A stretch of 64,000 nucleotides of DNA, from positions 152,148,001-152,212,000 of the forward strand of contig OZ024743.1 of the NCBI GenBank assembly GCA_964016885.1, given 5' to 3'. The translations under genes were made by a program, and so were the position numbers. The stretch comes from Eledone cirrhosa (lineage: Eukaryota). The notes under the pieces are model-generated. The model was not told the origin of the DNA. It ran no database searches and saw only the letters and a list, made by a program, of their open reading frames with translations. Below are positions 53,003 to 64,000 of the stretch, piece after piece (position 1 is the stretch's first letter; each line of letters starts with the position of its first letter).

Positions 53003-53279
53003 GATCACCTTGATCACCTTGACCGACCAGTCTGCCGGGCGTCCATTCGGCGCCGTTGGTCACAGCACGTCATACTGTTTTAGCCATAAGATAACACCAT
53101 CCCACTGGCTTGGTGGGCAGGCCGGTACCCCTTCATCTCATTTCTACAGCTGAGCAAACTGGAGCAATGTGAAATAAAGTGTCTTGCTCAAGGAAACAAC
53201 ACATCAACCGGTCCAAGAATTGAACTCACAACCTTTCGATTGCAAGCCCAATGCTCTAACCACTAAGCCATGCGCCTTC
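53003..53279 (-). mobile_element. tRNA/CORE-like SINE with an alternative 3' tail
   Basis: 53135-53279 matches the SINE head; tail differs and ends (CAAGGTGAT)2. Confidence 0.8.
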
Positions 53280-56092
53280 ACTCTAAGATATCTTTTTGAA
53301 ATGGTAGGTTTTGATTAAAGGGAGATTTGGCTTTCATTTCTAGCAGGTCAAGTGACCACATACTGACTCTCATCTTGGGCTAGGTTTATTAGAGTGACTC
53401 CTCTGGATAAAAGAGGCACCAAAATTATTGTTGCATTCAGATAACGTTAGTGAATAGCTAGATTTCAGTTAAATCTTTTATTCAATTGTCAAGCACTTTG
53501 GTTCCTTCAATCAATCACATGGGAATCTTTAAATGTCATATCTGTATTTGTTATTCTCATGAATGGGTTTATACTTCTTATCTGCACATTTTAAGTTATA
53601 AAATATAGAGCAACAGTTAAGTCTAGAAAGATTTAAGATAAGATCTAATCTAAGGTTAGGTCTTAAGGGTGAAATAATAAAGAGTACATAGAGAGGTTTT
53701 GTACTGTAAACTGGTTTATCAAACGGAAATATTGTCTATTGATACTGGAAATGAAAGCAATATTAATTAGTATAGTGACAACTGCACCAGGGTGTCAAAG
53801 ATGTGACATTGATTTGAAACCTACTAAATCTTATATTTTCATCTTCTCTCCTATGTATTACCTGCAACTGCACATTTCACTTTGTTGTTATTGCTAATTA
53901 GTCCAAGGTCAGTCTTGATTGAACAAAACTTTGATTAAAGGGATTCCAACAGTAGATCTAGAACTATACTGTCCTATGTCTCCTTTCTTTATTTCAAGAC
54001 GATAGGGTGTTTTCTGGAAAGGGTTTGGCTGCTAATGTTATCAAGTTGAATGGCCATGTAGAAGATTCATTTGTTAAGAAATTAAACATATTTCATTGAA
54101 GAATCAACATTAAATTTATATTAATATAATTAAGTTGAATAGAAAATCCTGGAATCAGGTAAAATGTATGTTTTCAGTAATTTGTGAAATTATCTATGTG
54201 AGCACATCTACTACATATATTTAGACTAAAAAGTATCAAAAAGATAAAACTCTTTAAAAACTTCAGCTAACAACATGTCTGTTCTATTAATTATCTCTGA
54301 ATAGGAAATGTTGCCATCATTTCAGGTCTTTAAATGGATTAGAAATCCATTTACTTTATGATTTGGAAGACAAAAAAAAAGAGAAGAGAAGTTGAAAAAA
54401 ACGCAAGAAAACAAATCTCTTATAGGGACATTAAAATTCTAACAGGCAGTACTACCTTAAATAATAGAAAGATAAATGAAAAGTTTGAATAAAGGAAAAC
54501 AAAATTTTGCTTGTTATTTCTTTAAATAAATTTTATGCTTCATAGAAGCTTTGAAAATAATATTTATCTAAATAATGTTAAAATAAAATGAAATAAAATT
54601 GCTTACATTGAATATATTTTATCTAAAAGAAACCTACCAAATCTAATTATATAAAATCCAAGAAAAGAGTTTCTTTTTGATGTAATGTTATGCAATTTTT
54701 ACAAGATGTTTTGAGTCTTCAAACATAAGCAATTTAATTAACTTTAATACAAGGGGTATGAAATTATAAATGTATAATTAGTCAATTGCTTTATCAAGAA
54801 ATAAAACCTGTTTATCATCTAGGCTAGGAGCATTATTTTGTTTCCAACCATTGCTAATCGATGACCAAAATCAATTTTCTCTGTAAACAGTTTATTGAAT
54901 GCTTGAGGATACACACTGAGGAGAAATATAGAAGACATTTCATCAGTGGTTTTCATTGTTTTTCTATTAATCTATATTTTTTAAAGTAAACTTGATATAA
55001 TAGTGAAGCAAAATTTGTAAAACTATGAAAAAAAATGCTAAATAGATATTTATGTTCCTTTTGAATAAGTTACTCCAAAGCAGTGGAAAGAAACTAATTC
55101 TGTTATCAGCAAACTGCAATCCGGCCTAATGTTTAAGACTTTGAAGAATATGCCATAAACATTTGTTGGCAGTCCATAGAAAGTAATTGCTTACAGAGCA
55201 AAATGTTCATATCTAAATATTGGTGAACAACTTTTAATTTTTTTCTGTATCACTGAACATTGAAATAATAATTGGACATCAATTTAGAAATAAAGATTTA
55301 TTTGATACATAATGTTAGATAAAGCAAGATTTATAAAATTTGAATGACAAAAGAAGTAGCATTTTGTACAACAGTAAGAAACAATACAATTGTTAATCAA
55401 TATACAGAAGAGAAGTAAGAAGGTTCTATTTTGAGGCTGTTTTCAACTTTTACAGTAGTTTAACTACTTTAGAAGCAAATTATCAAGTGTGTTTTCTCAA
55501 CTGAATGTGTTATTTAGAAGATTAGGATAATTTAAACAGAAAATAAACAATTGTGTGTTGGTAATGACAAAAGCTTTGTTTTAAAAAACAGACAAAACCA
55601 ATAATTTGACTTAACGGCAAGTTACATTTTCAACATTACCTAAAGAAACAAACTTTAGAGATCAATTTAAGTTTTTACAAACAACAAATATAAACCAACC
55701 CATACATTAGGAGGACAAAAATACTGAGTAGGAAACGTTATATGTGAATTAGAATACAAAGGTGATTTCTAAATATAAATATTATAGAAATATATACTCC
55801 TAACAGAAAGAAAATAATGGAAACACTATATAAATTTGTATATATATTTCAAAATAATTAGTTATCAACAGTGAATATAATAAGAAAAGACATGCTTGAC
55901 TAGTCTACACAGCAACGTTTTTCTGTTTATCAAATTTTATCTAATAATATTTGCGGCTAGAATTGAATTTTATGTTGAATACTGTATATTTAGGAATTTG
56001 CTCTTAAATTCACCATTATATTCACTACAATGGCAACAAGAAGAAGCATTTGCAGCCATTTTCCTTGCTAAAGGAGGAGTTGCCTCATGAGG

Positions 56093-56236
56093 ACCCCATT
56101 TTCCATTTTGTTCTATTGTCTTGATATCTCTCAACAATCCCCTTACTTTCATCTCCCCCTCCAGCCTCTTTAAGAGGGAATGAAAGTGAGGAGATTTTTG
56201 AGAGATGAAGATGTTAGAACAAAATGGAAAATGGGT
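56093..56236. repeat. Imperfect ~65-bp-arm hairpin, probably a MITE
   Basis: CCCATTTTCCATTTTGTTCTA... vs ...TAGAACAAAATGGAAAATGGG. Confidence 0.75.
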
Positions 56237-57187
56237 AGACTAGTCTGTAAATGTAATTTATTTTTATAAAATTCTTTTAACTCCTTAAATCAAGAGAAGT
56301 GGAAAGTATAAAAAATTATCCACTATTAAGAGGGCTTAAAATTTATTAAGCAAAATATCTTTGTGCGTGTGTGATGGTGGTGGGGGGAGTCTTCTACTTT
56401 CAATTTTAGTTCAAAATGTGTAGATTTAAACTACTATAATTTGGAAATTAACAAAAATATAAATGACTTTACTCTTTCTTCTCTGAAGTATCCTTCAATA
56501 TATCAGCTAACATAAGAAATCTGAAAGTTATGTGTCAAAATGTAAATTGGGAATTCTACACTTCAAAAATAATCCCTGATGTTAAACAACATGCTCTTGG
56601 ATATTTAAAACATGTTGGCCAACATTTAAAACAAAGTAACATAAAGATTGCGTAAAGATTAATTAAATGCTAAATGTTAACTTTACTTCATGCCATCAAC
56701 ATGTTGAACACTTTGTATGTCTTCAAGCAGTCAATAAAATTCAGTTCAACCTCAATTGCAACACTCTAACCAAAAACTGTAACAATTAAATATATCAAAA
56801 TCCTAGTGAAACACCACAACCACTGCAACAACCACCCTCAATTAAATAGAAGAAACAGATGTTATACTAGCAGTGTAAAATTGCTACAATCAAACACAAG
56901 AGAACAATGACTAGAATGGAGACAGAGATAACAGATGTAAACATTAAAAAAAAGAAATGCAAAGCACTATGAGCCTTTTATAAGAATTGTCATCTGCAAC
57001 TGGGTGGGAATAGTTAATATGACCACAAGTAAACAATGACATTCAGGAAATCAGAATATTGTCTACATGACACCATACATTTATTTTTAATTACTTACAC
57101 ATTCCAGTATACCTACAATAAAAGGCCTGCTTATCATCAAAGGATAGAAGAAACCTTATGTGGAGTAACTAAAGAAGTTAATACAAA

Positions 57188-58081
57188 ATTAATGCTGAAT
57201 AAACGAAGAAATTAGAATGACATGAATGACAATGATAAAAAGGACATTATATAACAATAATTTCAAAGAGTGTCATAAATATGAACATTTTTGTTATGAT
57301 AACTGATGGTGGTGATGATAGTGAGCAGAATAATGTTATAATGATAAAAATTAGTGTTCATAGTGATAATGATAAAAGTGGCCATTGTGATGATGCAGAT
57401 GTTGAATTTAAATGCTAAAAAATGTTGATAATGAATGTGGCAGCAATGAAGATGCACGGATGAATGTTGCATTACTATCCCTGTCTTTTATATCGTCCCT
57501 TATATGTGGCCAAGCAGGAAATAATTATTTTTATTATTATTATTATTATTATTAAAGGCAATGAATTGGTAGAGCATCAGACAACATGCTTCGCAGCATA
57601 TAGTTATGGCTCTTTACATTCTGAGTTCTAATCCTGCCGAGGTTAGAACTCAGAATGTAAAGAGCCATAACTATATGCTGCGAAGCATGTTGTCTGATGT
57701 TCTACCAATTCATTGCCTTTAATAATAATAAAAATAATTCTTTCTTGCTTGGCCACATATAAGGGACGATATAAAAGACAGGGATAGTAATGCAACATTC
57801 ATCCGTGCATCTTCATTGCTGCCACATTCATTATCAACATTTTTTAGCATTTAAATTCAACATCTGCATCATCACAATGGCCACTTTTATCATTATCACT
57901 ATGAACACTAATTGTTATCATTATAACATTATTCTGCTCACTATCATCACCACCATCAGTTATCATAACAAAAATGTTCATATTTATGACACTCTTTGAA
58001 ATTATTGTTATATAAGAGTCCTTGTCCTTTTTATCATTGTCATTCATGTCATTCTAATTTGTTCGTTTATTCAGCATTAAT
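57188..58081. repeat. ~890-bp fold-back palindrome
   Basis: 57188-57631 and 57643-58081 are near-perfect reverse complements; mirrored 69-aa ORFs appear in the track. Confidence 0.95.
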
Positions 58082-59719
58082 CAACTTTACAAACCCACTT
58101 TCAAATTTCTGGCCTTGTGCCAAAATTAGAAACAATTATTTAGTCACAGGCGAATTGATGTCTATCACTTTTGCAGGTTGTCTAAAACTGGAGATGGTGA
58201 TGAGTATTTATGATGATGGAGATATTATTGCCAAGGGAGAATCAGAGAAGAGTAATGACAGTGAAACTCCCTCAGTAGCTGACAAAGACGCATATGTGAT
58301 CTACATAATAGTGATAATGGCTTTACATAACATTTATACTCAAATGTAGTATTTTAAGGTCTTTGACAAAGTAATACATGCTGATACTAGCAATTAAATT
58401 CTAGTTAGTTCCAGCCAATAGGATTATAAAATCTTCAAGACATCCAAGACTGGAAATCAACAGATAGTATTGCCAAGGGAAGAACAGAGTAATGTAAAGA
58501 GACTAAAACTCACTTTAGTATTTGTGATGTATATAATGATGAAATATAATTTGTGATGTATATAATGATGAAATTGCTTTACATAAAATTTATACTAAAG
58601 TATACTATTCTAAGTTATATTGACAAAAGAGTAATACATGACACTATGTTCATACTCAATAACAATTAGATTCTACTTGGTTTCACCCAATAGGATTATC
58701 AATACTCTTCTTTGTTGTTTTCCCAATTATCTGACAATACTTGATAATTGTTGCTGTTGTGTGGTTATATGATAGACTACAGTTCTCTACTTCAGGCTAA
58801 GTCAACTTTAAGTGTTCACTGTTATTTTTTCCTTCAACAGCTTTATTTCATAACAATTACAGGAGCTAACAATTAAACAATTGAAAGTTACTTCAAGTAT
58901 AAATCTATACATATGATCTGAATATAAAGACACTTGTTTTGTTTTTATTTATTTTCTTTTCAGTAAAAATAGAATTATTTTTGATGAAAGAATAAAATAT
59001 TTTTAATCTGAAGCATCTCAATGTCAAAGACTATCACAGAGGGATAATCTAAGTTTCAAAATGTTGAACATCTCAATAATATATACTATTTTTTTTAATC
59101 ATCATTTTACAATTAATAAATTATGCCATATAAAAATAAAGCACACAAAAGAGAATATGATATGAAATTTTTTTTTTAAATAATTGACCACATTACAAAC
59201 TAATCATAACATTCAACAGAAATGTTTTTTTCTAAAATCATCATCATCGTCATAATAATTATCATCATTTAATGTCCATTTTCCCTGTTAAAAAATGTTG
59301 CATGGATCAGAGTGTTGTGCCTTTTATCATGGCACCAGTGCTAATGATGTAATGTCCTTAATACGACAGAGGAGTCCCTCATTCTTTTGATTGGCAAGAG
59401 CCCTCTCTACTTCATGGGAGAGATATGATGGCAGAAAGAATGATAAGTATGATGTCATGGGTAAATGACAATATGTGGGGAGGATGGCAGTATAATGTGA
59501 TAAGGGCATGTTTGTGGCACCAGCACTACCACTTTACAGGGTGTACTGAGTGTGCTTTATTGTGGCAACAACACTGGTGAGGTTGTCAAATGTTTATCTA
59601 AACTGAAGAGTCCTCTCAAACTCTATATTTTGTCTGTTTGATTGGTAAAAATGTAGCCTTCAGTCTTTCACCACATTACTCTCAGAATCACAGTGCTTGT
59701 AATGGTAGATGGGTTGTTT

Positions 59720-59960
59720 GTATTATGGCATATTGCCAGTCATTTCAGTCCAGTGTCATCTCCTTTGTGAGATTTAGTTTCCTGAGATCATTTTTCACAA
59801 CTTCTTCCCATGTCCTCCTCGGCTTCCCTCTTTCACAGGTTCTATCCACTTTGATCACTTGGAATGTTTTATACAATTCTCACTCTTATTATGCATCACA
59901 TGTGTATACTAGCACATCTGTCTCTCTTGCACACTACATTCAATTCCTCTTATTCTCAAC
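59720..59960 (-). mobile_element. Decayed RTE 3' fragment
   Basis: Minus strand reads CERGKPRRTWEEVVKNDLR. Confidence 0.65.
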
Positions 59961-62194
59961 TGTTCTCTCAGCTCACTCATGCATGTTTCATTTCTGTTAT
60001 GAAGACACACCATACATATTTATACTATGCATATTTTATAAAAGATATTTAGTCTTAGGTCAGTCCTGACTGAGCAGACCTAAGATCAAAGACATTCTAA
60101 GCATGAACATTTCATTTTCCTGATTAATTTTTCAGATAGTTTACCTCACACTACAGGATCAAATGCAGTTTTTCTCTTTTTAAGATGACAAGGTATGATT
60201 TGAAAGAGACTTACTTGTTGTTCCACACAGGTTGAGTAACTGTATAAATGCTATATTGTTGGCTTATCAAGGGGTAAAAGTAAGATAATGTGAATGGCCA
60301 TAATAGCTGTTCAAATGTAACTTTTTATGAAGTATTATCAAACCAGTCTATTCAAGGTAACAAATTACAAATATCTTTTATAAAAACGTTCAGTTGTCTG
60401 ATTTCTTATTTAACAAGAATGATTGTGATATAATCTATATGAATGGAACAACTAAAATTTTATTTGACAAACATTTTATACAAGCATTTTACAATCATTC
60501 AAAATCATCCCATTTTTATGTAAGTTTGTTATCAACAAAACTCTTGATTCTCTGAAGCATTCTTGGTAAGAACTATTTATTAGAAAAACTCTAGTGCTGG
60601 TGCCATGACAAAATGCACTCATAATTTTTTGTAAAGTAGTTGCTGGTAGAAAGGCCATCCAGCCATAGAAACCAAGCCAGAGTAGAACATATGAGTAAGA
60701 CATAGTTTCAAAACATATCTAAGGGGGCAATAAATCTAGGTAAGAAATAACAAGCCAGAACAACCCCATGTAAGCATGAAAAAGCAGGCTAGAAACGATG
60801 AGGAGGAAGATTTCCCAAGTAAAATCCATGGAGTTTCTCAGGTATTTTTCAATGGTTCTGCAAAGAGGAAAGAGTTGTGTTCATACAAAGACACTGAAAC
60901 TACTTAAATTCAATGTAGTTGAACTTAATTGATGTTTGCAGAAAATGTGTAGGTGAAAACATATGGTTTTTTCATTTTTACCTTAGCTTTGGATCAACCC
61001 AAGCCTTGTCAGTTAAATTGTGTAAACAGAAACTGTGTGGAAGCCCATCTGATGAATTCTACCTGTAATTCAAAGATCTATGCTTGTTATGTGTTTTGTC
61101 ACACAGCCACTTTCACATTAATTTAACAAGTAGGCTACTTAGTTGATCAAACAACTAAATGTTCAACATTGAAATCAGCAGATGAGAAACTATTACTTTC
61201 AGGGAATGGAAGGGAAAATGAAAAATATTATGTAAATAAATGTTTTTATTGATCAGTCTTGCAAATGTTTCTCCATTTTATTTTTTTCTCAGTAAAATTA
61301 AAACATAATAAAGTAACTTGAAGTTTATCTTATAGATTTTATCTGCAGCAAGTTAGCTTCTATATTATGTTTTCTTCAGTTACATACACCGTTTTGAATC
61401 AACTATTGTTCTTTGTAAAAGTATGTTAAAGGAATTAATTTGGAGGAATGTCTACAAACATGCTATCATTTTACGTCTGTTGGTCCATGCTTGCGTGGTT
61501 TGGGTGAGTCTTTCTTAATACAGCATATCTCCACGTCTTACTGTTAAAATACTACTATGTCTTATGTGTTAATATGGTATATAAGATATGAGAGATATTT
61601 AGTTAATGACGCAGGATATTTAGCACCAAAACCTGATGAAAGATAACTGATATACATACAATGTTGTTTTAGATCACAAGCAAACAAATTATAAATTTGA
61701 ATGAAGAATGAATAATTTAATATAGTCCAACATAATTCATTCTTGTTGTTGACACCTGACTTCAGTATTTCACACATCCAGCAAATAATACATTGGTGAC
61801 TTACATTCCATCAAGCCTTAGGTAAAGACAAGGTATAACATTCATGCTATCAACACTTCTATGAACATTGTCTTTGTTGATATAATCAGGATTAGGACAA
61901 ATAAAATTATTTTAGAAAGCTAATGTTACCCTAGATATGTTTGTTAATCTTTTACATAAAACTATTTTTGTATATACAAAATGAAAGAGTATATATGTAC
62001 ATATACTTTGAGTCATCTATACAGCAAGTTATTATTATTATTATTTATTACTATCATTACATGCTGTACTCCACAGCAGGCAACATTTTCAGTAACACCT
62101 CAGTTTTTCTATGAGAAGTTGCTAGCCTCTTACCCAAACGTTATTTCTAAAGAAAGGGATGTTGTATGTGATCTCTCCTTCACAAAAACCAGTT

Positions 62195-62234
<40 letters not shown>

Positions 62235-62642
62235 TTGATCCCAGTAGTTTACTGGTTCTTTATTCATCAACACTGAAAGTATGAAAGGCAGTGTTGATCA
62301 GTAAACTATATTTCAATGCTTTCAGCAATTAATTTATTTTCTGTAATATTAACCACATATCTAACACCAAACACTTTCCACTACCATAACTAATTTACAA
62401 ATTGATTATCTATATTCTTCTGAGAAAGAACATTGCAAGTGCTATGATTTGCTTTGAAGTAAATAGTAAACAAAATATCATTAATTATCTTATACATTAT
62501 ATGTTAATTATTCATACAAAACAAAATTACACTATTTTGAAATAAACACACTAAAAATTATTCAAATAGATCTTTGAGAATCAGAATTCTGTGTGTATCC
62601 AGTTTAGAGCATCTAAAAGAGCATATGGCTGTTAAACATTAC

Positions 62643-62685
62643 CTTGAAAAGGACCCCTTGATGAGTATGAAACCTATCATAGGAG
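62643..62685 (-). CDS. Possible upstream exon (43 nt, phase 1 to 2)
   Basis: ttccctcacag acceptor, AAG|gtaatg donor; PMIGFILIKGSFS, loosely like recalled TMEM241 TLIGGLLLHVSW; phase fits exon 50304. Confidence 0.4.
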
Positions 62686-63524
62686 CTGTGAGGGAAACTT
62701 CTCCTTTAACATGGAAAATGGCCTTAAAACCTTACTGGTGTTGTATTCTTCAGAATTAGAAAACTCAATTCATCTGATGCTAAATAAATCTTTAAAAAAC
62801 CTTATTGCAAAATCTGATAAAGCAACTTAGTATCATTTATGGTAGATTTGAAGTTAATCAATATCAATTCATGCTTCAACTTGTGGTTATTTACAAAATA
62901 AGACTTCAGTAAATATTAGGTTATCATTTTGACATCAACAAACATTCAACTAATTAGATCTAGTATTAAACATGTGATAATGTTCCTTACTAGTGACCTT
63001 CACTGGAAATTAACTTTGGATAGAAAGTGCAATTGTCTCATCTCTTGAGAAATTTCTAATAATGCCAATCACATCTAATGGCAATTAATTCACTAACTTG
63101 TCAATATTTCATAGCTTCATATAACAGAGTGCTTTTCCCCAACAAGCCAACAAAATAGTTCTATGAACAAGCGAAGGAACTTCTACTCAGCTAACAATAA
63201 AGTATTTAATGGGAGCTTCTATGTGGTTGCTCAGCCTGCTAAAATTAATCAACAAATCTCTCTCAAATTACACCATATCTTAGAAAAAGAAATTGTATGA
63301 TGTATTTCTGGATATAAAAAAAAAAAAATAGGATGTTCATGGTCTGCTCAGTAAGGGCTGAACAGGAGCTGACCAACACTAACCATTTGTGCACAAATTT
63401 TTCTTGGATTTGCTTTTTTCAGGAAATTCATCGTAACCAATGAGTTCCCTTCACCATCTAAATTTTCAAAACTCAAATGAAATTGCATTAACTTCCTTCA
63501 ATTATCTCCCTGTGAAACAGAACT

Positions 63525-63840
63525 GAAAAGTTCTCAAAAAACATGGATGGATGTGGTGAGAGCAGACCTCAGATCGCTGAAACTCACTGAGGAGATGACG
63601 AAGGTCCGTGACAAATGGAGAGATGCTGTGCTGAATAGGAGCCGTCCAACCCTTGCAAGCAGAGAAAAGCGGACATAAAATGATGATGATGATGATATAT
63701 ATATATATATATATATATATAATCATCATCATCATTTTATGTCCACTTTTCCCTTCTTCCAAGGGTGGGACGCGTCCTATTCAGCACAGCATCTCTCCAT
63801 TTGTCACAGTCCTTTATCTGAGGTCAGCTCTCACCACCTC
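63525..63840. mobile_element. Two RTE 3' ends tail-to-tail around (TA)n
   Basis: Plus copy KTWMDVVRADLRSLKLTEEMTKVRDKWRDAV...(GAT)n; reverse-complement copy at 63722-63840. Confidence 0.85.
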
Positions 63841-64000
63841 CGCCTGAAAAGTTCATAGGCTGACTAAGATACTCTCATGTAATGACCAAATGAGGTTTAT
63901 ATTTTAAAACATAGTCCTTGCAAAAAAACAATGCAGTTATCAATAAAAAGAGTTGAAATTAATGTATACAAGATTTCACAGCTCTAGCATCCATCCTTCA

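Noticed and set aside
57263-57999. Two nearly identical 69-aa ORFs on opposite strands
   Set aside because: By-product of the palindrome over (GAT/CAT)-rich low-complexity sequence.

Overview
AT-rich, repeat-dense eukaryotic DNA. The SINE families, RTE LINEs and (TA)n arrays suggest an octopod cephalopod (inference). Most ORFs in the supplied track are microsatellite artefacts. Reading splice signals by eye gives a chain of 7-8 short minus-strand exons (62685 down to 11695) whose phases join into one open frame. The product is a multi-pass membrane protein resembling TMEM241/SLC35D-type nucleotide-sugar transporters; its 5' end probably lies beyond the window. The first ~13 kb and the introns hold decayed mobile elements: RTE, CR1/Crack, Tx1 and R4/Dong LINEs, a Hydra-clade-like Penelope element with hammerhead-like motifs, solo LTRs, Tc1/mariner and hAT MITEs, a Helitron and tRNA-derived SINEs. 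The most unusual signals are: a 276-bp unit carrying a tRNA-like cloverleaf in tandem-plus-inverted arrangement; several fold-back palindromes, including a ~890-bp one folding at a SINE hairpin; and a near-identical inverted SINE pair bracketing an exon. All family assignments come from recalled motifs, not database searches.
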